Shown: positions 17,619-27,756, counted from the stretch's first letter. The stretch is DNA of 64,000 nt from a bacterium (GCA_021787535.1 JAJYLR010000001.1:492321-556320), one strand, 5' to 3'. Program-made: numbers and translations. The notes: generated by a model not told the origin, from the letters alone.

Positions 17619-17641
17619 TTCGAATCCGATAAGATCCACCA
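17619..17641 (+). other. orphan 23-nt tRNA 3'-end fragment (TTCGAATCCGATAAGATCCACCA)
   Basis: T-loop + T-stem 3' strand + acceptor 3' strand + CCA; no matching 5' half upstream; cognate tRNA not in window. Confidence 0.5.
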
Positions 17642-17772
17642 GATTTGTGTCTTGATATAATATCTTGCCTTAATAACTTTTTTCTTTAACATTATAATAT
17701 TGATAGGTTAGATTATAAGTGTTATAATACATTTTTACTGGTACCTTTTCCAATCTGACTAAGGAGATTCTT

Positions 17773-18363
17773 ATGTCAATCAATCAAATGGCTGAAACAA
17801 AGATTATCCAAGAAGCCAAGGAATATTTCCTTCTTACCTTAGAAGAAATGCCGAAACTCTTAGGAGATATCCTTTCAAAACATCTGCAAATCATGCCGAA
17901 ATGGACCGAAAAAATCCTCACGATGTATTCCGAAGCTGATCCGGAAATCGTGGGAATAGCAGCATGGTTCCATGATATTGGATATCTGGACTGCGAAAAT
18001 TTCTCCGAAGATGATCATGCGGTGTACTCTGAGAGAAGGGTGATAGATTTTCTGGTTGATCGCAGTTACCCGCAGGATAATCTCGAAAAAATAGCGCATT
18101 GCATCCGCGCCCATCGCTGTCGCGATATTCAACCTATTACTCTTGAAGCAAAGATTATCGCTGTAGCCGACTCCGCCAGTCATCTCACTGACTACGCTTA
18201 TATCAATCTCATTCAGTTGGAGAGTAGGGAATATGCTTTGCAGAAATTGAAACGAGATTATCGAGATCTCGGTCTTCTGCCTGAGGTAAAGGCAGAATTA
18301 AATCAACTTTATGCAGCATGGTTGCAGTTGATAGCATGTTTTCCTGAATGGAAAATAGCATAA
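17773..18363 (+). CDS. HD-domain phosphohydrolase-like protein
   Basis: AAWFHDIGY HD motif and upstream His; AAGGAG SD. Confidence 0.55.
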   Translation: MSINQMAETKIIQEAKEYFLLTLEEMPKLLGDILSKHLQIMPKWTEKILTMYSEADPEIVGIAAWFHDIGYLDCENFSEDDHAVYSERRVIDFLVDRSYPQDNLEKIAHCIRAHRCRDIQPITLEAKIIAVADSASHLTDYAYINLIQLESREYALQKLKRDYRDLGLLPEVKAELNQLYAAWLQLIACFPEWKIA

Positions 18364-18389
18364 GATCAAAACCAAGGTCTTTAAAACTC

Positions 18390-18413
18390 ACGCCCGGGTC
18401 AATGCCCGGGCGT
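18390..18413 (+). terminator. rho-independent terminator
   Basis: ACGCCCGGG-TCAAT-GCCCGGGCGT perfect hairpin then T-rich tract. Confidence 0.7.
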
Positions 18414-18447
18414 AGTTCATTTGATTTAAAATTTATCAAAAAAACAT

Positions 18448-18477
18448 TTGACATTTGAACTTGAGTTGTGCTATAAT
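18448..18477 (+). promoter_or_regulatory. consensus sigma70 promoter TTGACA-N17-(C)TATAAT
   Basis: read directly. Confidence 0.55.
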
Positions 18478-18494
18478 ATGGTTCAGATATTAGA

Positions 18495-18517
18495 AATCTG
18501 AATTCTGAATTCAGATT
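18495..18517. promoter_or_regulatory. 23-bp palindrome AATCTGAATTC-T-GAATTCAGATT in 5'UTR (candidate operator)
   Basis: 11-bp perfect arms around single central base, immediately downstream of promoter. Confidence 0.4.
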
Positions 18518-18536
18518 ATCGAAAAACAAGACAATT

Positions 18537-19607
18537 ATGGCAAAAATGCAAACAACATTGAAAAACAAAGATCTGGCAGGAGGAAAACAAGGAGATTTTA
18601 GCCAGATGGCTGCTTTAGTGTTGTCAAGAAATATCCTAAAAAAGGAACGGGATATCAATGTCCTTACAGAAAGATATGGCATAAAGGGCGAGAAACCCAA
18701 AACACTCGAGGCAATAGGAAAAAAACTGGGAGTCACTAGGGAAAGGGTGAGACAGATTGAAAAAGCAGCACTCACAAAAATCGAAAAACAAGCGTCGAAA
18801 ATAGAAAAAATTCAGAGCTTTCACCAAAAACTCGATAAAAAGATCGAGGATTTTGGCGGCCTTGTAAATGAAGAGAGGTTAATCTCCGCTTTTATTGAAA
18901 CAAAGAAACAAAATCCAGCGGAAGTTAATGCCTTTTTATTGCTTGTTCAGTTAGACACTAAGCTGATGCGCCACGGCGAGAGTAAAGAAACAAGAAACTA
19001 CTGGATTTTGAAAAAAGCTGATCAGAAAAAATTCCTCGAGCTTTCAAAAGAAATTAATAATCTCTTGGAGAGAAAGAAAAAAGTTATTAGCGCCGAAGAT
19101 ATAGCGAAAGAATTATCCGCTTCTCGGGTAACGATCGAGTCACTTTTGTGGATTAAGAAAAATACGCTTCAAACCGAGGAGAAAAAATGGGGGCTCATTA
19201 CTTGGCGCGAAGTAAACCCGAAAAGTATCAAAGACAAAACATATATCATTATGAAGAAGCATAAAAAACCGCTTCATTACAGTGAAATAACAAAGAAAAT
19301 CCTAGCACACAGACTTCAAAAAAGACCGGTTACTAAGCAAGCGGTACATAATGAACTGATAAGAGACGATAGATTTGTCCTGATAGGCCGAGGTATTTAT
19401 GCACTCAGTGAATGGGGCTATAAACCCGGGGTTGTCGAAGAGGTAATCGTTGAAATCCTGCGTGAAGCCGGCCACCCGATGCACAAAAATGAAATTATTG
19501 AACACGTTAAAAAACACAGAATTGTCAAAGAAACAACTGTTATCTTAAATCTGCAGAGGAATACTTTTAAAAGGGTAGCCAGAGCAACTTATACATTAGC
19601 AGACTAA
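18537..19607 (+). CDS. DNA-binding protein: N-terminal sigma-70 region-4-like HTH, C-terminal HARE-HTH (RNAP delta-like) domain
   Basis: ERYGIKGEKPKTLEAIGKKLGVTRERVRQIEKAALTKI = sigma r4 signature; C-terminus HYSEITKKIL...DDRFVLIGRGIYALSEWGY = HARE-HTH pattern. Confidence 0.5.
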   Translation: MAKMQTTLKNKDLAGGKQGDFSQMAALVLSRNILKKERDINVLTERYGIKGEKPKTLEAIGKKLGVTRERVRQIEKAALTKIEKQASKIEKIQSFHQKLDKKIEDFGGLVNEERLISAFIETKKQNPAEVNAFLLLVQLDTKLMRHGESKETRNYWILKKADQKKFLELSKEINNLLERKKKVISAEDIAKELSASRVTIESLLWIKKNTLQTEEKKWGLITWREVNPKSIKDKTYIIMKKHKKPLHYSEITKKILAHRLQKRPVTKQAVHNELIRDDRFVLIGRGIYALSEWGYKPGVVEEVIVEILREAGHPMHKNEIIEHVKKHRIVKETTVILNLQRNTFKRVARATYTLAD

Positions 19608-19692
19608 TTTAGGTTGGTGGGTGATTAGGTTAGTAGGTTAACAGAAAAAGACCCAATATACCAACACACCCATTAACCCATTAACCAAAACT

Positions 19693-22600
19693 ATGTTTGA
19701 AATCTTAATTTATATTTTAAAGGGAATTTTTCAGCTTTTAATGTGGACGTGGTGGATTATAGTGCCCATCATTGCCATCATCGCTTTTCAAAATCATAGA
19801 AAAACCAAATGGGTGGAGAAGCTTGAAAGTATTGTACTCTCAGTCAGAATACCTAAAAATAGCGAAAAAGGACCTACATCAGCTGAAATGATGTTTGCCA
19901 GCCTTCATGGTATTTTAAAACCGATTCAAGATCTCAAAAAAGAAGGCGCCATACAAGAACATATAAGCTTTGAAATGGTTGCGGACGCTAAGTCTATTAC
20001 ATTCTATGTATGGACTCCTAAACACTTGCAAAATTTTGTTGAGGGACAAATTTATGCGCAATACCCTACAGCTGAAATATCAGCAGTCGATGATTACTCA
20101 AAAAATATCGATGTGGACCATGACGGAATAGACGACTGCGTCGCAGGATGTGAACTGAAACTTGTGAGACCGGACTATTTTCCAATTAAAACTTTTGTGA
20201 ACTTTGAAGTAGATCCTCTGGCTGGGATAACCGGCGCATTATCTAAAATAGAGAATGCAGATGAAAAAATGTGGATTCAAATTCTTACAAGGCCTGTCTC
20301 AGATAGTTGGAGAGATAAAGGACTTGCATACGCTGAAAATTTAAAAAATGGAACCGGACCAAGCCTCTTCACAAAGGCAGGAATCACACATGGCCTGATA
20401 ACGCTTCCAATTACAATCCTGCATGGAATCTTCAATGTTATAATGCCAGCTGAAGATTCAAAAGGCGGAGGAGGAGACCAAAAACTGCCGCACAATGTGG
20501 AAACATCGCTCGCATGCCTGGAGGAAAAAGCGAACAAGCTTGGGTATCAGGTTAAAATCAGATTAGTGTATGTAGCAAAGTCTAGAGAATTGGCTCGCCA
20601 ACACTTAAGGATTACAGCCGGTGCCTTCAAGCAGTTTAATACGACAATAGGTAATGGGTTTGCGCCAACAAAGATTAAAACCGGAAGAGATGTTTTGGAG
20701 GAGTACCGTGCCCGGCTTTTTACAGATAAAGGATTTGTTTTAAATATTGAAGAAGTGGCCTCGCTTTACCATCTTCCTCATGCATCCGTAGAAACCCCAA
20801 ACATAGTCTGGACTTCATCTAAAAAGGGTGAACCGCCTGCGAATCTTCCTTATGAAGGAATGGTTGCGCCAGAAGACCTCACAGTTTTTGCTGAAACAAC
20901 TTTCAGGGGACAACCTAAAAGATTTGGAATAAAAAAAGACGATAGAAGAAGACATATGTATATTATCGGTAAAAGTGGTACCGGCAAATCAAAACTTTTA
21001 GAGATTCTGGCGGTAGATGATATCGAAAGAGGGCAGGGTGTCGGAATAGTCGATCCTCATGGAGAACTTGTCCATGATGTTTTAAAAAGAATACCTGCAC
21101 ACAGGGTTAATGATGTAGTTTATGTCAATCCAGCAGACAAAGATTTCCCGGTCGGTTTTAACCCATTGGAAACCACGCCAGAGTTTAGAGAAGAAACAAC
21201 ATCGGGTTTTGTCGTCGCTCTGGAACGGCTCTTCGGCTATAGCTGGGGTCCGCGTCTTGAGTATGTCCTGAGATATACTGTCTTAGCCCTTACTTATACC
21301 GAAGATGCTACCATGCTTTCAATCATCAGAATGCTGACTGACAAAGATTATAGAAAAAAGGTTCTGGAACGGGTAGAAGACCCTGTTGTAAAAACTTTCT
21401 GGCTTAAAGAATGGACTACATATAATGACCGATTTCAGGCAGAAGCAGTGGCTCCAATTTTAAATAAGGTCGGACAGTTCACTGCTTCGCCGATTATTCG
21501 AAATATTGTCGGACAAGCTAAGGGTACCATAGACTTCGCCGAAGCAATCAATAACCAAAAAATCTTGTTAGTCGACCTTTCGACTGGAAAAATAGGGGAG
21601 GATAACGCCGAACTTTTAGGTTCATTTATCATTACAAAACTTCAACTTGCCGCTATGGCCAGGTCAAAGATAAGACCGGAAGACAGAAAAGATTTTTATC
21701 TGTATGTTGATGAGTTTCAAAACTTTGCTACTAAATCTTTCGCCACAATCCTGTCTGAAGCCAGAAAATACAAGCTCAATCTAACATTGGCAAACCAGTA
21801 CATCGCTCAAATGGAAGAGACAGTCCGAGATGCTGTTTTTGGCAATGTCGGCTCGCTGATATCATTTAGGGTCGGGGCAACGGATGCTTCTTATTTAGAA
21901 AGAGAATTCAGTCCTGTCTTTGAGAAAAACGATCTCATTAATCTCGATAATCAGCATTTGTACCTTAATATGCTCATCGACGGTGTCACAACCATACCTT
22001 TCAGCGCTAAAACTATCAATGTGGCCGCTCCGGATCCGGCAAAAGATAATACTGAAAAAATTGTCCAAGCTTCAAGAGAGAGGTATAGTATCTCGAGACA
22101 GGAGATAGAAGATAAGATCACCAAATGGACCAATATTGATAAAATTGATATCGGCGCCAGAATGGATAAACAGGAAAAATCAAGATTTGAAAAAACTAAT
22201 GAAGAAATTGAACAAGAAGCGCGGATAAAAAAGAGCAGTCAATTTAAAAGAACCGATCCACAGAAAAGTACTAAACAAAATCCTGAAACGATCCAGGTTA
22301 AAAAGAGTGTTGATCCGGAAGAACTAAAGAAAATTATTCAGAAAGTAACCCGTCCCACCACTCAAAGCCAGAGCTTGGCAAAAGGAAGCAGCGACGAAAA
22401 TAAGCAAGAATCCCAAGACAATGTAAATCAAGTGAGGGGAGTTCAAAATGTCCAAAATGCACCTATACTTAAGAAAATTCAAGAGATCACTAATAAAGAA
22501 TCTGCACAGCCGTCAAACAAGATTCCAAACAAAGTAGAAGAAACAATTCGAGAAAAGCTTGCAAAACAAGCTTTAAGCGACAGCCCCAAAAACCGGGAAT

Positions 22601-23169
22601 CTATCGATCAAAAGACCGGCAAAGGCAGTCAAAACCAAGCATCTCAAGAGCAGCAGCCGAAAAAAACTCAGCCAGCGAGTATCGAAATTTCAAAAACATT
22701 CACGCCTGCAGCAAAATGGCAGGATAATAATATAAAAAGCAATATCGCAGCTCCAGCTCAAAAGCAGGACACGAAAAAGAACAAAGAACCGGAGGTCAAG
22801 ACGCAGCAAGACAATGAGATAAAAAAAGGCGGGCCTTCCGGCAATCAAGCTGAGCAAGAAAAGCCGCTTCAGAACAAGGTTAAGCCCTCAATTAAAATTA
22901 CAAGATTTACCGGCGCTGCTTCAGCGGAGAAGGCAGAATTTCCAAAGCAAGAACAAAAAACCCAGGAAGCGCCGCAAAAAAAGCTAAGCGACACCGATAA
23001 AGAACCCAATCAAGGCCAAGATAAAAGAGTAATTAATCCTGTAGGCATACCGGCTATCATGATGAAGAGGTTTATCCCGGATGATGAAAATATTAGAAAG
23101 TTGACTAGGGAAGAGTTCCTGAAACTTCAAGAGATACAGCCCAACGAGAAGATTATCATTATTGACTAG
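19693..23169 (+). CDS. membrane-anchored P-loop ATPase, TraD/VirD4 type IV coupling protein-like (also DUF87/HerA-like), with ~350-aa disordered K/Q/E-rich C-terminal tail
   Basis: N-terminal TM helices; Walker A IIGKSGTGKS, DPHGEL, Walker B FYLYVDEFQNF, ARKYKLNLTLANQYIAQ; residues ~800-1158 low complexity. Confidence 0.55.
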   Translation: MFEILIYILKGIFQLLMWTWWIIVPIIAIIAFQNHRKTKWVEKLESIVLSVRIPKNSEKGPTSAEMMFASLHGILKPIQDLKKEGAIQEHISFEMVADAKSITFYVWTPKHLQNFVEGQIYAQYPTAEISAVDDYSKNIDVDHDGIDDCVAGCELKLVRPDYFPIKTFVNFEVDPLAGITGALSKIENADEKMWIQILTRPVSDSWRDKGLAYAENLKNGTGPSLFTKAGITHGLITLPITILHGIFNVIMPAEDSKGGGGDQKLPHNVETSLACLEEKANKLGYQVKIRLVYVAKSRELARQHLRITAGAFKQFNTTIGNGFAPTKIKTGRDVLEEYRARLFTDKGFVLNIEEVASLYHLPHASVETPNIVWTSSKKGEPPANLPYEGMVAPEDLTVFAETTFRGQPKRFGIKKDDRRRHMYIIGKSGTGKSKLLEILAVDDIERGQGVGIVDPHGELVHDVLKRIPAHRVNDVVYVNPADKDFPVGFNPLETTPEFREETTSGFVVALERLFGYSWGPRLEYVLRYTVLALTYTEDATMLSIIRMLTDKDYRKKVLERVEDPVVKTFWLKEWTTYNDRFQAEAVAPILNKVGQFTASPIIRNIVGQAKGTIDFAEAINNQKILLVDLSTGKIGEDNAELLGSFIITKLQLAAMARSKIRPEDRKDFYLYVDEFQNFATKSFATILSEARKYKLNLTLANQYIAQMEETVRDAVFGNVGSLISFRVGATDASYLEREFSPVFEKNDLINLDNQHLYLNMLIDGVTTIPFSAKTINVAAPDPAKDNTEKIVQASRERYSISRQEIEDKITKWTNIDKIDIGARMDKQEKSRFEKTNEEIEQEARIKKSSQFKRTDPQKSTKQNPETIQVKKSVDPEELKKIIQKVTRPTTQSQSLAKGSSDENKQESQDNVNQVRGVQNVQNAPILKKIQEITNKESAQPSNKIPNKVEETIREKLAKQALSDSPKNRESIDQKTGKGSQNQASQEQQPKKTQPASIEISKTFTPAAKWQDNNIKSNIAAPAQKQDTKKNKEPEVKTQQDNEIKKGGPSGNQAEQEKPLQNKVKPSIKITRFTGAASAEKAEFPKQEQKTQEAPQKKLSDTDKEPNQGQDKRVINPVGIPAIMMKRFIPDDENIRKLTREEFLKLQEIQPNEKIIIID

Positions 23170-23554
23170 AGAGAAAACTCAATAAATGTAGGGAAGAGCA
23201 GGGTATTATTCACACTAATCGGTTAATATTTTATCAGCCGGACTCTTAATATTTCTATTCAAATCAAGTAATAAAAAAGTGGATTCTCTCCCCTTTTTCA
23301 AATGTAAAATTTTTAGCGCAAGCCAACTAAAGAAGCAAAGACGGCTGTAATATTTTAATTAAATAAAACAATAAACTCTTACCTCTATTCTAGAGCTGAG
23401 GGTCAAGAACTCAAAAGAAAAATATCAAAATTCACCCAAAACACTTGAAAATTCTAAGAAAGAAGGTAAGGTAACCCCGATGGACATAATGTCGTACAAT
23501 GTATCTTATGCGACATTTCGCTTACATATGCTGCGATACCTTATTTTGATCTTC

Positions 23555-24373
23555 TTACTTATAAAAAACCCTGTCTTTAATGCGCATATCCATATATGTA
23601 AGATGGTGGCCTTTAATCTCCGGGCTGTTGATAGCAGCTGCTAGATTTGCAAGTTCATGCGCCGGATCCCTTGTAGTATCAAAGGTAATATAAAAACCAA
23701 GCGTCGTTTGAACAACCGCCTCATTAAAATTATCATTAATTTCTATTTTCGTAATTTTAGCCCCCGTATCTTTAGTAAAGTTTTGGTTTAAATATTGAAT
23801 AAACCTAATAAACTCAGGAGTTACCATGCTCTTCCCTATTTCGACAGGCAGATTTTTTTTATCTTCGATTGTTACAAGATCGTTTCTCTTACCTGGTGCC
23901 ACTCCTACCACCTTGCCTTTTTCATCCACTAAATAATATTTCCCGCCGCTTAACCACTCAAGTTCCAAAACATATTCATCTAGATTAACGCTAATTCTGT
24001 CGGGATAATGTTTAGTAATTTTTAATGTTTTTAAAGCATACTTTTTCTTTAAATTTCTTTCCGCGCCATCCGTATCGAAAAAGAGAATATTGCCCTTAAA
24101 AAATTCTTTTTCCATACTAGCATTAATATCGGAGATAATTTGATCAGAAGAGAGTTCCCTTGTCCCTTTAACATCCACTGTCTTAACTCTAAAAACCCCG
24201 GAAAAAAGGATGAGATACAAAATGCCAGCCATTGATAAAAAGACAAGCGGGTAATATAAGCGAGTCATATCAAAACCGTCGGGTTCTTCTATTTCTGTAC
24301 GCTTATATACAAGTTTATTGCGGCTCTGCAATCTTTTTATTTTACCGGCCCTTCTCCCCTGCTGCCCTCTCAT
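23555..24373 (-). CDS. ftsQ: cell division protein FtsQ-like (POTRA)
   Basis: single N-terminal TM then POTRA-like region; last gene of dcw cluster. Confidence 0.7.
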   Translation of the reverse strand: MRGQQGRRAGKIKRLQSRNKLVYKRTEIEEPDGFDMTRLYYPLVFLSMAGILYLILFSGVFRVKTVDVKGTRELSSDQIISDINASMEKEFFKGNILFFDTDGAERNLKKKYALKTLKITKHYPDRISVNLDEYVLELEWLSGGKYYLVDEKGKVVGVAPGKRNDLVTIEDKKNLPVEIGKSMVTPEFIRFIQYLNQNFTKDTGAKITKIEINDNFNEAVVQTTLGFYITFDTTRDPAHELANLAAAINSPEIKGHHLTYMDMRIKDRVFYK

Positions 24374-25526
24374 CGCGAACCCTTTCTCTTTGTTCTCTCT
24401 TATAATAATTGATTAAATGTTCGGCAATGATTTTTGCCGCATCTTCTTTGTAAAAACTATGAATTTTTTCCGATAAATATCCCAGTTCATCCGGATCTTC
24501 TAGAAGCTTGTCTGCTTGTCTAAAAAGTTTTTCCGGCGTTAAATGACTCTGAAGCATCACATAAGCAGCGCCTTCTCTAGAATATGCCTTGGCGTTTGCT
24601 AGCTGATGATCGCCTGCCGATGACTCAAGAGGAATAATGATGGCCGGTTTTTTCATGGCAGCTATTTCAGTCAAGGCATTATTCCCAGCCCTTGATATAA
24701 TAAGGTCAGAGATACTGTAAGCGTCCTTGAGTTCATTAGTCAGAAAACTAAAAAGCCGGTATCTTTCAAGATGATTATATGTTCTGCTCTTATATTCCAG
24801 CCAATCGTAATCCAAATCTCCTGAGAGATGGATGACCTGATATTTTTCCAAATAATTTTCTAATTTCTGGGAAAAAACCTCATTAATCTTTCTCGCGCCC
24901 TGGCTGCCGCCTAAAATAAGAATGGTTTTTAGTTTTCTATCAAAATCAAATGTTTTATAGGCCTCTTTCTTATCACCCAAAAGCAAACCGCGTCTCAGAG
25001 GATTACCTGAATAGATCAGCCGTTCCCTATTCATCTCAGGGAAATTTTCTAATGGATATGAAACAAAAATCCTTCGAGCTTTCTTAGCCAGAATCCTATT
25101 AGAAAGACCTGAGATAATATCAGATTCATGGATAAAATATGGATACCTTTTTATACGGCAAGCCAGACCGATAGGAAGACTGACATATCCGCCTTTCAAA
25201 AAAACCATGTCAGGATCTTCTGCTTTTAAAATTTTAAAAGCATCAAAAATCCCTCGGATGAAATTTATAAAGTCGAAAAGGTTTTTAAGAAAAGTAGTAG
25301 GATTTAATATATTCAAAATCATACTTCGATAGTATCTTCTGAATTTCCCGCTATGGATAGATAGAGTCTTGATATCTGCTTGAGGAATCAGCTTCTCTTC
25401 AATACCCCCCTTGGAGCCGACATACGTTAAATTGATATCCTGTTTTCTCGCTCTCAGCTCTTCAGCAACTGCTAAAAGCGGTGCGACGTGCCCTCCTGAT
25501 CCTCCTCCTGCTATAATAACTTTCAT
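24342..25526 (-). CDS. murG: UDP-GlcNAc:lipid I N-acetylglucosaminyltransferase MurG
   Basis: MKVIIAGGGSGGHVAPLLAVAEEL G-loop; GT28 C-terminal domain; start placed at MKVII. Confidence 0.9.
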   Translation of the reverse strand: MKVIIAGGGSGGHVAPLLAVAEELRARKQDINLTYVGSKGGIEEKLIPQADIKTLSIHSGKFRRYYRSMILNILNPTTFLKNLFDFINFIRGIFDAFKILKAEDPDMVFLKGGYVSLPIGLACRIKRYPYFIHESDIISGLSNRILAKKARRIFVSYPLENFPEMNRERLIYSGNPLRRGLLLGDKKEAYKTFDFDRKLKTILILGGSQGARKINEVFSQKLENYLEKYQVIHLSGDLDYDWLEYKSRTYNHLERYRLFSFLTNELKDAYSISDLIISRAGNNALTEIAAMKKPAIIIPLESSAGDHQLANAKAYSREGAAYVMLQSHLTPEKLFRQADKLLEDPDELGYLSEKIHSFYKEDAAKIIAEHLINYYKREQRERVRDERAAGEKGR

Positions 25527-26653
25527 TTTCTGTCCTCTCCTAAAGTTTTTCTGGAAATATTTAATAAGATACCGCAAGACGCGATAACCATTGCCACAGA
25601 AGTGCCACCAAAACTTATAAACGGTAATGTCACCCCAGTTAAAGGCAGAAGCGATAAAGCAGCGGCAATATTTAAAATAGCTTGAAAAACAATCCAGCTT
25701 GTTATCCCTACGGCAAGCAAACGCGTATACATATCGCGCGCGTTTCCGGCAATTCTAAAGCCATAATAACCAAAGAGCGCAAAAAGGACGGTAATAACAG
25801 CTGTACCGATAAGACCTCCTTCCTCACCGATAATTGCAAAGATCGAGTCTGTAGCCGCTTCGGGCAAATATCTGTATTTTTGCAGTGATTGGCCGAAACC
25901 TTTACCTATTAATCCTCCTGATCCTATTGCAATCAACGCTTGTTTAGTCTGATAACCGGCCGCATGATTGGCATAAGCCCCAGGATTTAAAAATACTAAG
26001 AATCTCTGCATTCTATAAGGAGAAACTTTAATAAGCAAAAGAAGACCTGCCGCCCCGGCCGCCAAAAGCGAGAGAAGATGACTTATTTTTGCCCCGGAAA
26101 CAAAGTACATCACACCAGCAATCATGATAATCACAATCAGAGTACCCATATCCGGCTGCGCCATGATTAAAATGCCCATTAACCCCAGAAGAGCCAGAAA
26201 AGGCAAAAGTCCGCTCGTCAGATCTCTCACTTCGCGCCCCTTTTTCTCAAAGAGAGCGGCCAGATAAACAATAACTGAAAATTTTAGAAAATCAGACGGC
26301 TGAATCTGAATAGGACCGATGTCAATCCATCTGCGCGCGCCTCCATGTTCCACGCCTACATGTGGAATAAAAACAGCTATAAGAACGAGAATGCTGGCAA
26401 CGAGCATCGGAAATGCCAGTTTTTTCCAATATTCCACGTCAATTTTATAGAAAATGCCCATTAAAACAAAGCCGGTGATAATGCTAAAAACTTGCTTTAC
26501 AAACATATAACGTGAATCGCCGTACTGCTGGAAACTGATTACGCTTGAAGCTGATGAAAGAAAAATTATACCGGCGACAACAAGGAACATGATAACGATA
26601 AAGAGGCGGAAATCCGGAGAAGTTTTTCTAAGGCGGTGTCTAAAAGTACTCAT
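25523..26653 (-). CDS. ftsW: SEDS-family peptidoglycan glycosyltransferase FtsW
   Basis: 10-TM profile, position in dcw cluster between mraY and murG. Confidence 0.85.
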   Translation of the reverse strand: MSTFRHRLRKTSPDFRLFIVIMFLVVAGIIFLSSASSVISFQQYGDSRYMFVKQVFSIITGFVLMGIFYKIDVEYWKKLAFPMLVASILVLIAVFIPHVGVEHGGARRWIDIGPIQIQPSDFLKFSVIVYLAALFEKKGREVRDLTSGLLPFLALLGLMGILIMAQPDMGTLIVIIMIAGVMYFVSGAKISHLLSLLAAGAAGLLLLIKVSPYRMQRFLVFLNPGAYANHAAGYQTKQALIAIGSGGLIGKGFGQSLQKYRYLPEAATDSIFAIIGEEGGLIGTAVITVLFALFGYYGFRIAGNARDMYTRLLAVGITSWIVFQAILNIAAALSLLPLTGVTLPFISFGGTSVAMVIASCGILLNISRKTLGEDRK

Positions 26654-26654
26654 T

Positions 26655-27689
26655 CTAGCTGCCTCCGGATATAAATCTGAGTATCACCCCCAAAACTGCG
26701 GCGAAAGCGCCGATAATCCAAAACCTCATTGTTACCTTTGTCTCAGGCCATCCTTTAGCTTCAAAATGATGATGAATAGGAGCAACAATAAAGATCTTCT
26801 TCTTTTTCAGGGCCTTCCAAGAAATAATTTGCAGTAGAGAAGAACCGGCTTCAACGACAAATATTAACCCAATGATAGGCAGCACTAGGGCAGAATTCGT
26901 CAGCATAGCAATAACTCCAAGCGCAGCTCCTAAAGAAATCGCGCCTGTGTCTCCCATGAAAAATCGTGCCGGATAAATATTAAACCATGTGTAGGCCAAA
27001 ATCGCGCCAACCAAAGTTCCGCAGAAAGCCGCAATACCATAGTTGCCCTGAAAAAATGCAATGACAAGGTATGCAAAGAAAGATGTGGCAAGCAGCCCGC
27101 CTGATAGCCCATCCAAACCATCTGTAATATTAACTGCATTGGCGGTAGCAACAAAAACCAAAATAAAAAAGGGCACATATAGCCAGCCAACTTCTAGGTT
27201 GCCGTTAAAAGGAATGTTAATAGCATTGTGGCCAAGTTTTACATAAAACCAATACGCTCCCAAAAAGGCGATAAGAAGCAGCCAGCTCATTTTTACTTTT
27301 GCTTTCATGCCCGCTACTCCGCCTTCAGATCTCACATTGATAATGTCATCAAAAATTCCAAGAATACCTACAGAAACAAGTGCGAAAAGCGGAAGCCATG
27401 TTTGAGATCTGTCTAAATTAAAAAATAAAGTCAAAATAAGCACCGTACCCCAGATGAGCACACCGGCCATAGTCGGAATGTTTCGTTTGTGTTTCTCGCC
27501 ATGTAGTTTTTGAAAGATTTTAGCTTTTTCTCCATCCACTGTCTTAGTTCTGATTTTCTTCCACCACTCATGTTTATAGGCAAAATGGGTGTAAACCGGT
27601 GTCAAAACCATAGCTAATACAAATGCTCCCGCGCTTAAGAGCCCTATCTTTAATATTTGAGATATCATTTCAGGATTTGTTATATTCAT
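26655..27689 (-). CDS. mraY: phospho-N-acetylmuramoyl-pentapeptide transferase MraY
   Basis: polytopic membrane protein with DD/NxxD motifs (NITDGLDGL), cluster context. Confidence 0.9.
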   Translation of the reverse strand: MNITNPEMISQILKIGLLSAGAFVLAMVLTPVYTHFAYKHEWWKKIRTKTVDGEKAKIFQKLHGEKHKRNIPTMAGVLIWGTVLILTLFFNLDRSQTWLPLFALVSVGILGIFDDIINVRSEGGVAGMKAKVKMSWLLLIAFLGAYWFYVKLGHNAINIPFNGNLEVGWLYVPFFILVFVATANAVNITDGLDGLSGGLLATSFFAYLVIAFFQGNYGIAAFCGTLVGAILAYTWFNIYPARFFMGDTGAISLGAALGVIAMLTNSALVLPIIGLIFVVEAGSSLLQIISWKALKKKKIFIVAPIHHHFEAKGWPETKVTMRFWIIGAFAAVLGVILRFISGGS

Positions 27690-27756
27690 AAATAAAACCT
27701 TTAGTTAATGGGGACTTCAGTTAATGAGTTCATTAGGTTTTGCCTAGTTCCTTGAG

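Noticed and set aside
17595-17641. Possible intact + strand tRNA ending at 17641
   Set aside because: Only the T-loop/acceptor 3' half is present; no complementary 5' acceptor strand, D-arm or anticodon arm upstream.
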